This document shows, in pieces, positions 1 to 12,265 of a stretch of 64,000 bases of DNA; the first letter of the stretch is position 1, and every line of letters starts with the position of its first letter. The DNA comes from Klebsormidium nitens (Eukaryota > Plantae > Klebsormidiophyceae): assembly GCA_000708835.1 (NCBI GenBank), contig DF237212.1, positions 54,734 through 118,733 on the forward strand. The letters run 5' to 3'. The notes under the pieces were generated by a model. That model was not told the DNA's origin, did no database searches, and saw nothing but the letters and a program-made list of their open reading frames with translations. The translations under genes and the position numbers were made by a program.

Positions 1-96
1 GCCTCGTAGACGACATTGCCTGAAGGATTTTATCTTTATTTTAGCAATGTTTTTTGACCTAATCTTCTGAGCTCGTACTGTTGCTTGCCTCTACAG

Positions 97-199
97 GAAG
101 CTCACGAGCCGGCAGCGGCAGCTGCTGGAAGACCTTTCGAAGGAGTTCGGGGAACGAGAAGGGGACCATCAAAGCGAGGAGAGGGCAGCAAGCGGCTAG
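97..199 (+). CDS. Last exon of a DnaJ/Hsp40 chaperone; gene begins upstream of the window
   Basis: Acceptor ctacag| at 96, then KLTSRQRQLLEDLSKEFGEREGDHQSEERAASG* (TAG 197-199). Matches the '(P)xxLTxRQxELLEEF' C-terminal helix of type-I DnaJ. Confidence 0.7.
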
Positions 200-1520
200 G
201 GCTGGAGCGCGCTCAAGGAACTTAAGCAGGCTGGGGTGCCTGCATGTCTGCCCGAGATCAAGGGCGCATGTGCTACTACTGTAACTGCAGCCAGACTTTC
301 ACTGTCATACATGCGCTATTCCTCTCCATGGCCAACCAAATGAAGGTTGGTTAACACTGTAGTAAGCGCAAATTTCATTGAGCTTATAGCATGCGCAGAA
401 TAACAAAATCTGTGAATTGCATTAGTTGTACGTTTTCCGCTATATGTGGCAAACTTAATCAGAAGCTGCTGCAGTCGGTGACATTACCTCAAGTCCTGGA
501 CTATGTATATAGATTGCCTGCGGATCGAGATTTTCTTCGCCAATTAATGCCTCCGTATTGCAAGATGTATTGCAGCAGGTCTAGGTGCTATTTATAGTAA
601 CATGTGGCGAAACCTTCGTATATGCTATAAACAAAAGCTTGATTTGGGACTAGTATCTGGCAGCGCGCGCGCGCCTCACCATGCCATGCTTAATCTGTAT
701 ATCGAGCTGATTGAGTGCTGTTCATTAATCACCCACTTCGAGGATCTAGAATTTGTAGATTGAGCTGGCATCAAATTGTGTGCACGAACTGTCAGCAGGT
801 GTCGACGCAATCGATGAGTCCCGAATGAGAAACTTAGCATGCATGCTTTAAGCATATGTAACGTCATGAGTCCTAAGCGATGATTAGTACCGGTTTGAAT
901 GGCCGGAAGCAATGATCGTGGTACGTCGCAGCATTTGCATGCATAATAATTGCGACGTGCATGCTTGGTATTGCAAGTATTTGCAAATTATAGGCCCATT
1001 GGGAGCCTATATATATTGTGTACAATATACACGCGTAATAGACTTTGCCTTGATTAGCTGAATTGAAATACATGCCGTCCCCTATAGCTGGACGTACATT
1101 TATGCCATGCAGCCGCGTCAAGCTGTTGGTTGATTCGGCTATATGCATGTGTGAGCGGCTAATATACTGCCAGATTTCATCCAGAAATCATCCATTTGCG
1201 ATTGCCAATGTCTATCCTCTTGCGATCCGAGGTCGCTTCTGCTACCGTCGGCCTCTTCAATCATTACGCACATGCATACTGGGCCTCAGCTACCCGGGCA
1301 TGCGGCATTTAATCCTAGCTTGATTGGCCATAATACTATGAACCAACTACGGATGCTGACACATGATCTCTTCCAGACTTTTAAGGGGCTACCTGTCTAC
1401 CTGCATGTGATTGTTACTATCGTCTGATGGCCTTCATCTATCAAAACGTGACAAAGTCATTACAGTACTTGACGGAAGTTCCTGTATTGCCGATGCCGCC
1501 CCTGCCACCGAGATGCACCA

Positions 1521-3830
1521 CTAGCTGCAGAGCTGTCGACATAAGGAGGGATCGTTGGTAATGACACCACTTACTCCTAGATTAACTTGGTGCCTCAGTT
1601 CCGGCAGATCGTCCGCTACCCAGGCAACGACCTGCCTTCCCGTATGCATAGCGTTTGTATCCATCACCAGATCAGTCTTCGACCAGTGATTAGCCAACCA
1701 TTTGACTTCCTTCAGAAAGTTTTTACCGTCGTAGACCTCCTGCGGATGGAGAATGTAAGCTGTACCTGCAAGCACGCGTCTGACTGTGTTAGCTAATGAC
1801 ATTTTCCCGGAATGGACTCGCCCTTAGTTCTGATGCCTCCTACGCACTCTAGCCCTTCTGGGACGTTCTAAACCCACATGAACACGCAAGCGGATCGGTT
1901 CTAATCGGCGTCCTAAGCCACCACGAGTCTCGAAGAGAGTCTCCAATCGTCCTTCGCAGCGCATTCAGTGCATTCTCACCTAAAACGAAAGCTGTTGTGC
2001 CGCCACTTTGTCGCCTGCCCAGCTCCATCGTCAGTTGGTCTATCAGACGGTGGTTGAAGCTGGCAAACAGCACCCGGAGTCGTTGCTGTGTTCTGCCACC
2101 AGTATGGTCTGGATGCTCCAGCGAGTCGAGCAACTCCATCAGCGACCGCACGAAACGCTTTTCAAACTGCCGAGATGAACAGCGTACTGTCGACGGGGCC
2201 TTGTGGATAGCCTTACTGGATGCGCCTGGCAACGAGGGGGGCTCACAGTTAGAGACCAGACGGTTCACACGATGACAGATGAGATTGGTTCGTAATTGAA
2301 GTAATGGATTTCGGACAACATCAAGGTCAGTAGTTCGAGTGCAAACAACACGAATTTTTGTGAACGGCTGATCTTCTCTCTCTGTTGAAAGGAAGGTACA
2401 CACTGTCAGTAGGAATGGGGTGATTCCTCGGAAGTGCAAAAATTTCTAGGAACAACGTACGTGCATGACGTGGAAGCAACTTGTCTTGCATTCAGGGATG
2501 GAACTCTTCAGCTGCAATAACTCATCACAAGCATTTGAAATCAAGGTAATCAGCATCTTCGAAAGAAGCTTGGTCTGTTGATCAATTGCAACATATAAAG
2601 AGAGTGACATCTTGCAGCTCAGAACACGTTTTTCAAATGCAACGAGGTTCACACCTCTAAAGTTTACATATGTGGCAACATCGAGGAATGTAATCAGAGC
2701 AGCTCCATCCTCAAAAGGCTGTGCTTTTGTGTCGCTCCTTTAGTATGGAAGTCAAAATGGTGGCAGTTCACAGACAGAGGACACATAGGTAACTGGATGG
2801 ATTGCACTTTAACCACAAATGCTATCATCAGATGTCGGCGCATCCTCAAGAAGAACAGCTTCAGATTAGACTTATACCACTCACCGACATCCCAGTAGTC
2901 CTCATTAGAGCTGCCCTCATCGGTGGTGGTATCGCAGCGCGCTTCCGCTTTCAGCTCCACTACCATCTGCAGTTCCTCTTTCCAAAGGAACTCCAAGACT
3001 CCGCCCAGGCTGGGCACCGGTGTGCTTGCAAACTCCGGCCCAAACCAGCCCCCTGCATCGAGCTCCTTGATCTCGCTTAGACACATGTCTTCAACTCTCG
3101 GTTGCACGTCCGCTTCAACAAGCTTGCGGCCCTTTCTTTGAAGATTGTCATCGGTGGTGCGGTCAATTGTTATGGTGCGTGATAGACTGATTGAATGGAC
3201 GTCTTCTCGTGGCCCGCCAGCTAACGATGCCAAGTCTCTTCCCGACCTTTGAGCAGTTGGGTGTCTCCGCTGAGACTGAGCGCCCCATCGTCCCCCAGAA
3301 TCCCAGCCCGTCAGTGCCCGCTTGACACCCTTCTTTGCGACAGGAAGCTTGGCGCTGCTGTAGTACTTCTCCCGCATCGTTCTCTCGTGCATCACAACCA
3401 GCCCATCGTCCGCCGTCATGTGGACGTCCATCTCCAAGCAATTAGCTCCGAGCTCAATCGCAGCTCGGAAAGCTGCGAGCGTGTTCTCCGGCGCCATAAT
3501 GCGGGCCCCCCGATGGCCGCAGCACGCAATGCTGCCGAGCTCTAGGCCCAGCTGGCATGTCCCACCCGACACTGTGACTGACGCACCTTTCGAAACCGGT
3601 AGTTCGACACTCTCGCTCCTTCCGAGGACTTGTTCAGTAAGGAAACCCCCATCAGGGAGAGGGCTGGAGGGGCCGTCATGGATCTTTTGAAAGGTATCCT
3701 TTTCTGAATGGGAGAGCGTTCTACGGATAAAAATCAGACCGAAGAAGAGACATGCCCCCAACAATAGAATTGCTCTCCAGATGCCATGCTCCCAGCGAAT
3801 TGTACCAGGACTTGGTCCCCTTTTGCCCAT
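1521..3830 (-). CDS. Glycerophosphodiester phosphodiesterase (GDPD family) with N-terminal membrane anchor, multi-exon
   Basis: ATG 3830 (MGKRGPS), TM segment IWRAILLLGACLFFGLIFI, motifs GHRGARIMAPENTLAAF, LEMDVHMTADDGLVVMH, IDRTT, LKELDAGGWFGPEFASTPVPSL, ELK, ASFNH, and C-terminal VVAWVADD..LGVSGVITNDP*. Internal splice sites are only partly resolved. Confidence 0.9.
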
Positions 3831-5053
3831 TGTTGGTGGGCAAAGGACACCATTGATTGCAGCCGGCAAGCCGCAGCCTGAGGCTGAGGCCCATGCAGGG
3901 GCGCGGCGCCCACAAAATGCCTGCACTTGAAGAACTAGGAGCGGCAAAGGTTCAAGAGACTGCCAAGGACCACCTCGGATTAGGAGTCTCATCGAACGGT
4001 CTCACTTTCATGCGTGGGCCTACGGAATGCAACGCTACAAACCGTCGATCTGACTGTGCGAGTATCTGACGCTTTATGACGTCAAAGTCCAACCGCTCAC
4101 CGTTGAAGAAGGGGCCTTGTTTGAGACTTCCTCGTGCGTTCAGTGCAGAAATGGTAATTGGATTCTCAGAGCACACCACGTGCGTGTGGGAATACAAGGC
4201 CCTTTGCATCTCCCATCAGGGAGGAGAAGTGCGTGGCTCCTGTGAACGAATCACGGTATTCCAGCTGGACTCGACATGTGATGAATCTGCATGACGAATC
4301 AGCTTCGAGGGTCGCACGAGCGCTGCGCAAGGCAGAAGTAGGCTCAGAAGCGGCCTTCGGTTGGCGTGCACAAACTTCCAGCACGCACCCTTATAGAGTT
4401 TTGCATTGATCTGCTTGTGCTTTACAGATCGTTCATTTGTAAGATTTTGTCAATCGAACGGATCACAAGCGATAATGGTCTTGTCCATCGTGGCATGAGT
4501 GCGCGTCTAGAGGTTGTCCGAGAAGTTTCATCTGATGTCACTTTTCGATGTTTATCCTTCCATCTTTCCGACAAGCATTAGAAGCCAATGAGGACAGTTC
4601 GTAACGCGCAACTGGCGTCGAAGTCAAGGGGCAGCGAGCGAACCCAAGGACCATTCGATGCGAGTGCTGCAACTGAGATGTTACACACGTCCTCTATCGG
4701 CCAGGCTGCTTCTGCAACTTCGCAAAGCAGTCTGTTTCGATCCAGATGCGTCCTACCGGTCTGTTGATGAGCTCAGTCTTGCAGCTGAGGAAGAAGCGAA
4801 GACTCGAGCATGTGTACGGTTCGTTCCCCTTGTCTGGTCTGGTCTGCAAGCGCCCCCTGATTCTGAGTTCTTGATGCTTGCACTGCATTGCGCCCCCATC
4901 CAGCAACCGCCCCTCAGAACACTTCTGGTGCTATACCTACCTAGGCAGGCAATTGAAAAGGCGCTTCGTCAATCTTGCCACACTGCAAATCTGCGCAAAT
5001 CCTGATTGGAATTGACTCGCTCATTGCAAGCTGTCTGCCTTGATCGTGCAAAG

Positions 5054-6187
5054 ATGAACTTCTTCGGTCGTCGCCTCTCTTTGGATACGTCTCGAAATGG
5101 AGCTGCGGAGGATTCCCCTGTGAGCACCCCTGTTGGCACCCCGACCTCGCCAGGTGAGGGTGCAGCAGGTGTATGCTTGGTTCAGCACTGTGTTGGCTTA
5201 TTTCTTAAAAAGAGCTTTGTGCTCAGAGGTTTGCAATTGCTTTCTGACACTGGTTCTTGAAATTCTGAGAACACAGGCTGCTAAAGCTCCTTTGTTTCAA
5301 TCCCAATTAAACCTTGACATTCTGTGGGTGTCCTGCATAATGTGTACTTGTTGCTTCATGTTTCAAGGGATTGCGTCTTGCCATTTTTGTTGTGCTGTGT
5401 TTGCGATGATATATGGACTTGAAAAGGGAATCAATTAGCAGATATTCGCTTTGCCATTGTGACTTCTACAATTTGGCCTCATCCAATCAGGGAAGGGGAC
5501 TGGGTGCACAGGCATTTGGAGTAGTGCCGTAGGAGGCCGATTGTATGTATTTTCTGGTTTCTACAAGTATAGTAGTTAGGTTGCAGTTTGGGACCGTCTA
5601 GGACAAATTGCTGCTCATGCAGCCTTGGCAATACCCTGTTCTCTAGGGTTTAGGAAATTGCGTCTGTTTTGTATAATCAGATCAAACCCTTGGTCTTATC
5701 AAGTATGGTGATACATTACTTCTCAATTCAAAAGTTATTTTGATTCCCTTAGCAAAGAAGCCCTGCATTCCCCTATTCCTCATGCTTAGTCACTAGCTGT
5801 GCATAATCTGTCAAGCGCTGGCCAGCGGAAAAATGATCAGACTTACTCTCTTTCTGACAAGGATGGGAATGCTTGAGGAGCCGGTTCTGGGACCAAAACT
5901 TAACCGCATCGCCCTGTTATGCAGGTATGTGGAAGGGCAACCCGCAGCTCAGCAGCAGCAAACCCATCAACATTCCCCAGGGAAACAGCCGCATGGCACC
6001 CGCTGAGGACGACAGGACCCCATCTTTGCTGCAGTCTGCATCCTCGAAGCTGCTGGCCCGTGCTCAGAGTGCCCCGAACCCCCACATCGAGCGCCCCACG
6101 TCCTATGATGAGCGTGCTGACCCCGAGAGCAACGTCATCGGGGAGCGGCTGCTCTGGTGGTTGCTGTTCCCCCCCGGAAACTTTTGA
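5054..6187 (+). CDS. Hypothetical small Ser/Pro/Thr-rich protein, two exons (5054-5168, 5925-6187)
   Basis: Phase-compatible GT-AG join (GCAG|GT ATG) gives MNFFGRRLSLDTSRNGAAEDSPVSTPVGTPTSPGEGAAG-MWKGNPQLSSSKPINIP...LLWWLLFPPGNF*. No family recognised. Confidence 0.5.
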
Positions 6188-8054
6188 GTGCATTCATCGG
6201 AGGTAGTGTGTTGCTGCCGGGCGGCTCAGATAGATTAAGTGCGACCATTCACTGCAAGAGTTTGATGGTGGCAGTTGAGGCCCTGCCTCTGCAAGTCCGT
6301 GGAGGCAGGCAGTGTGCCTGGAATCAGTAGATCAGAGCGCAGGTCCTGATGAAGGGGGGGAGTGTGTGACAGTCCGTGTTCCTCTTCATCTTTGATTGGG
6401 GTGGTAGCGTAGGACTTGACCTCCCCGAGGCGGATGTCCCGGTGTAACCATGTAGAGGGCAGCCGTGTCAAAGGGTAGACTAAGGTTTAAGCAAAGCCTG
6501 GCAGCGAGTGTGCATGCAAGCTTTGAGGGCTTTGCATTGCAGCAGTTTGTCGGGGGCCCATTCTTGTGGGACACCATGCAAGGTTTTTAGTTAGCACGGG
6601 CTTGCATTGGGGTTCCCTAGGTATCTGAAGTGGTATATGCAGGCTCAGTTTCAGCGGAGCCAGTGCATGCTACTTCCTTGTAGAAAGGTATTACAAAGCA
6701 GCGGCTCCGTTGTGAATAGAATGCAAGCCTTTGGTAGCTCGAAGCTTGCTGAATTAGCTTGGGACTGCCTTCTTATAGTTCCCAAGTTAAGAGAGTCCGT
6801 CCTGCGTTAGTGTTCTGTACCACAAGAAAGACGAGCCTGCTAGCTGTAGAGGGTTTGGCAAACTGTAATCAACGCACTGTATGTAGTATACAGAATGAGT
6901 GTGAGATCTTGTAATGAGACTGAGTTTATACTCCTTTTTCGCCTGTTCAATACATCAAGTTTCCTAAGTTTCAGAAATTATGTTTCCAGTGGCCTTTCTC
7001 AGAACTTGTGTGTTGCTTGTGGATAACATGGGAAGACATGGCTTCCACGTAATCTTGACTTTGACCTATTTGACTTGATAATATTCTGTATGAATGACCC
7101 GAGCTTCACTGTCTGCGCACCTTACATGAACATGAGTGAATCATGTCAGACTGGTCGGATTGTTACTACTTGCTAAATGAACGCATCCGTGCTGCTTGAG
7201 TCTGGCTTTCACATTCTGATTTGGACTTTCAAATCAAGTGCAAGCACATGTGCATGCATGCTACGGCAATGTACCTACGTACTAACAGGCAGTTCAGCTA
7301 AATTGAGTCGCCGCGCAGCAAGCATGGGCGGCTTGAGCAATAGCTCTGGGTACAATGCAGTAGTGGTCACTGCAAATGCATGAGCATTTCGCAGTGTTCA
7401 TGCAGCGAGTGCTGCATGCATTGCATTCGACGCTGCCGCATATCACATGGCCGCGCTACGGCGTGAGCCACATATAAAGGCCTGAGCCACACCGAGTCCA
7501 CTAGGCTTGATATGGCATACTACTCAGCTTACAGCAGTTTGTCGGCTACATGCATTGACCTGATCCTATGGGTCAACCGCTCTCCTACTGGTTACAACAG
7601 TTCACAATATAGCCCTGCTTAAATGTCTGCACGCGATCATCTCACATAGGCTGATTCCGAAGAGGGAAGCTAATTTGTCATGGGATACATGTGCAGCCAG
7701 AGATGTGGTTGCTTGATGCTGTAATTGATACTGGACTTTGGCTAGGATAGTCAGACAAAACGACATCATGATCACTGGACCCCTGGAACTTGCGAACAAG
7801 CGCGTTGCACCGCCATACAGGACGATTATGAGAGGCGATGCTACATTGCGAGGGTGCGACCAAAACAGTGTCGAATATGATTCAAGGAGTAAGGGGTATC
7901 CAAGGTATCTATTTCAGTTCGAACTTGGACGCAAAGAGATAATGGGTAAATGATTAGCTCAAGTGGCAAATCAGAAGGAGCCCGCACGTCGGATGTATTT
8001 ACATTAATGTCCCCTTTGAAGCTGAGCGAGAAAGTCTTCTGGAGTCCGTCGTCT

Positions 8055-11000
8055 TCAGAAGATGAAGTCCGGAACCTCCAACGGAAACCGTTCCACCTTG
8101 ACATCAAACTCCGGACCGATAGGCTTCGAAAGGCTGCAAATAAGGAGTTTGTGGAGGCTGGTGTCCCTTCACAAATGTCCAAACTTCGAAGTAACGGCTT
8201 CTTGTTAATTTAGGCCAGTCCAAAGGCCAGTAAAGATTTCACCAACGTGAGAGGCGGACAGGATACAGAGCATTCCAAGAAAAAGGTAGCATTAATGCCA
8301 AAAAGATTTGGTGTAAATCTGGACCCAGGACTGTGGCCGCCTTGCTTTGGCTAAACAACAAAACGCTCTAGACAGAAGTGAACGGCAGAGACATTGGTCT
8401 TCACCGACGTTTGCCTGCTCATCTCGCCGTTTTTTGACCGGTAGTTGGGTCCGTACATGTATACCTGATGCTCTCTATGTTTTCATAGACCGGTATCAAA
8501 CGTAATATCGAGGCATCCGGAAATGGAAACCGCAACAACTTGATTGCCCTGCTTTGGTATATATAGAAGAAACAAAGCGGGCTCGAGTCTGCTTACCTCC
8601 CGGGCACAAACTGGAGGGATCCCTCCATGGAGCCCTTTTTGGAGTTTGAGTTGCTGCAGCTCTGGTACAAGAACTCGGGCTGGCCCGGCTGCAGGAGCGG
8701 GTACTGCACGCAGCGCGGAAGGGGAGAAGTCAGTGAATTTAACAAGTGCCGGAAGAGGACAGCGGCAAACTAGAAGCAGCAACAAATCGGTGTGAAAATC
8801 TAGCGAACCCCATGAGAACCTCACTAGTGGGTCTCTGTGTCGAACCTTGGGAGAGCTCCACAACAGGTGCGCTCCAGGGTGCCAGCCATTCAGAAACCGT
8901 GATCAACCTGGTGTCATCCGGACGGAGTCGAGGTCTTGCCTTTCGACAATCGGCAGGGCCGAAGAAGAAGCACGGCAGGCTGAGTGAAGGGACCCATCGA
9001 ATCACGAGACAAGAGTTGAGGAAGCAAGGGGGAGTTGTTTCCAAGGAAGAGGCGAAGAGACTGCAAAGATGTTTGATTGAGGCACTTGAAGAATCTAGAA
9101 TACAAGCGGAAGTGATTGCAGATATTGTTTCCCGACCAAGTTGGCACTGCTTGTGATGACCCGTCAAGAACTTACAGACGCAGGCTTCAAGGGGGCCATT
9201 GTGTCCACGACTTGAGGTATCGCTCAAGGCTGCCCGGCGCCTCACAGAATCCCATCCGGAAACAGCACCCCGACTCTCTCTCTCCGCCATTAGCGGCCTA
9301 ATGACTTCTGATTGATGCAGAACTGTCTGCCCCTTCCTCCAGCAGAGATCAAAAAACATTTTTCCAGCCGTTCAGAATACCCAATCAAGCAGCCGCTCAC
9401 CTTTCCAATGACTCCCGCTCCCCGGACTTCGTCCACGACCGCACCATTCTCACGGATGATCCACTGCCGCGACCGCAGCTGTACGCTTCGGGGGGGTTGC
9501 ACGCCGGCCACCTCTTCGGGGGGCTCGTAGGAGAGGCGAATGGAGTAGGCGAAGAAGTACCGGTTGATGACCGGGTGGAGGGGGTGGATGTGAGAATGCT
9601 CCGGGACAAAGATGGCGGAGCTGCGCACCTGACGAGACAAAGCAAAACGAAGGCTGAACGATCGGTTTCCTTTGGACTTGCTTTCTGTAACTCTGCTCAG
9701 GAGGAGAAGGGCGCTTTGAGCCTGCCTCATTATGTCGAAAACGTTCCCAACCCTCGACCATGAAGCAGGGTAGTATCACAGCGTCACACAAGCAGCAAGA
9801 TGAGAAACACAACTTGGAAAGTGAGGTTCAAACTAAACACTTGTATGAAATGAATGGTCCAGTCCTGTAGACTACTCGCATGTGTTGCGGTTTCGGAGTT
9901 GCTCACCTTGACCCCTCTTGTCACTGCTTCTGCCACAGCCGGCCCAGTCTCTGGAAACAGCGAAATCCCCCGGGTGCGATCACCCGTCCACAGGGGTTTG
10001 ATAGGATACCAGCCCTCCTGCAACCGCTGTGCATACTCCTCCAGCCACCTCAGCATGCCGTCCCCCACTTTTGTCCCCCCCTCCCCCTGATTATAGTCTG
10101 CTGACCCCTTACTGGCCCCAGCCTGCGGACCCCCCTGCTGCGACTCAGGGGGGCAGCAGGGAAGGTGATGGCCGGTGAAGGTGCGTGTGTAAACCTCGCC
10201 GTCGACCAGGGACACCGCAAAGTATTTGTCGCGCTTCGGAGACTCGGCGAAGCGGACCAGGTTGGCGTGGCCCCGGACTGGGGCGATCTCGCGCGCTCTT
10301 ACGAGGCGTGTGCAGACGATGCGGTCATCTGGTTGGGAAAGAGTGGGGATAAGAGATTGGAGGCAGAGAAGCTTACTGTCGTTAGGAGTAAAACATCATC
10401 GAGAAGTCCCATAATCTCCAGAGACATTTGTGAAGGCTCGGAAAGCAACGGTCCATGGTTTCAATTGGTCAGGGAGCTTGGGGACAAAGAGTTGTATGGA
10501 ATCAACGGCGCATCTCCATGCCAGTACTCTAGATACAGCAATGTAGGACCTCACAAGGGCAGTTCACAATCGGTCAAAAGAGCTATCTTCGAGAGGCAAG
10601 TGACTTACAGAAGCTGTAACCCCCGAGGAGGCCCAAGAATAGATGTTCCAACTTCTCCGGGGTGTCCCTCTCAAACAGGCTCTCATCCCACTGGCCATTG
10701 TGGAGCCGGTACACGACACGCACCGCCGGGGGAAGTGGTGCGCCCAGTTTCTGCAGATTAGAAAAGAGCTTGCTGGCGCGATGCTTTCGTGGAGTGCTTT
10801 CACAAAGTCCCTTGGCATCAAGCAGAGCGCTTTTAATATGGCACGAATTGCATAAAAGCAGTCCACCACCAGTTAGCTCAGTATGTGAGGTGGCAAGAAG
10901 ACAGCCAAGGCTGCAACCAAGTGTCCTGAAACAAGCATGGCCCAGAGGCTTAGACTTTCAATCGAGATGCTTGCCCCCCTTCTCATCAACAAACTGGGCT

Positions 11001-11703
11001 TCTGCAGATTCCACCCAGAAATGTCAAGCAGCTTCCACTCCTTCCTAACGCTAGGTTGATGTCAAGGGCTGTCAGAAGTGGTCACCCAGGAGCTTTAATT
11101 TCAGAAAGGGCAACAACTCAAACTAAGTTTCATTCAAACAACATGAGCCACAGCTTCAGTGACCAGTTTCTGAAAGCAACGCTTTCTAGATGCCCACTCC
11201 ATGCCCCTTTCCCAAGGAACCAACAACTTAAAGACCTGAAAATGAAGTCCATAAGGGCTTTAGCGGGTGACAATCTAGCTCACCTCCTCCAGGTGGTCAA
11301 GTTCCTCTTCGGACGCCCCAGATGAAATTGTTGCGGCGATTGCAGGGGCGTGCCGGCCAGTCCAATCAAGTATCGCACCCCAGCAGCGCTTTGCCCTTGG
11401 AAGGAGGTGTCCGTACTGGTTCTTGCCAAACCCAAGGTACCACGACTCGTATACTTTCTTGAAAGATGAGGTTTGATTCCCATTCCAGTCCTCCGCTAAT
11501 GTCAAATGATAGTCCTGCTGGCACAAGCCTTTCCAGATGTCGTCCTCATCAGCAAAAACCCGCCATGCCTGTTGCACGCATGCAACAGCTGCACAATCTC
11601 GGAAGTTCAAGGAAGAGAACATATGAGACAGAACTTGAGGATTCAGGGCGTGAATGGTGGTGGTGTCTTCAGAGATTGGCGCCATCGGAGCTGACTCCTC
11701 CAT
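8055..11703 (-). CDS. SKIP16: F-box protein SKIP16 (F-box + SMI1/KNR4-like + ApaG domain)
   Basis: F-box (IHALNPQVLSHMFSSLNFRDCAAVACV), 'GASEEEL', 'GLLGGYSF', 'GDGMLRWLEEYAQRL', 'RGISLFPE', ApaG 'YFFAYSIRL...QLRSRQWII..VDEVRGAGVIGKYPLLQPG'. Last exon 8055-8133 reads SLSKPIGPEFDVKVERFPLEVPDFIF*. Confidence 0.93.
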
Positions 11704-12091
11704 GCAATCCGCAGACTTGCTGGCCACCTTCCTCCACCACAACGAAGAGCAAAGACTCACTGAACCCAATGCTGACAATATTGGTCCAGCTGCAGTAGGG
11801 GAATCAGGCTTGAGGAACGTGTTTAAGGAAAGGGCAGAAGCAGCTAAAAAGCGCAGATGGGCTGTAGTACTGAGCTGTGCATTAGTCCGGCATTAGTAAA
11901 GCTCTGTAGGTCAGCTGCAGCTACCTCTTCTGCCTCGAACGCACATCAGCTTTTTCAGGCTTTCTAAGTTTCAAGTTTGCAGAAGCAGAAAGACTGTAAG
12001 TCTGTTTTAAAAGCTTCAAGTTCAATGACAAGGGTTTGCTAAACCTCCTACACTGACAGTAGGTTTAGAGGCACGACATTGGGACTCAAAA

Positions 12092-12115
12092 TTAGGGTTT
12101 GCTAAGTTAGGGTTT
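12092..12115. promoter_or_regulatory. Two perfect telo-boxes (TTAGGGTTT = AAACCCTAA reverse complement) between the divergent SKIP16 and dehydratase starts
   Basis: TTAGGGTTT at 12092-12100 and 12107-12115, with a partial copy near 12030. Confidence 0.5.
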
Positions 12116-12265
12116 ATATGGAGAGAAGCATAGCAAGGCGCAGCATTGTCCAGCTGTGTCACTGTGTATCCTCCTTGAATCTCTGGCGTAACCAACAAAA
12201 CAGTTGGATGCTCATGGTGATCGTGATCAAAGAGCAGACAAAAGGATCCGCAGGTAGTGAGGCCG

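Noticed and set aside
8483-8550. Alternative SKIP16 ending FHFRMPRYYV*
   Set aside because: Wrong splice phase; the exon at 8055-8133 gives a much better match to the family C-terminus.
8746-9156. 136-aa + strand ORF that looks charged and helical
   Set aside because: Antisense inside a SKIP16 intron; no motif or splice support.
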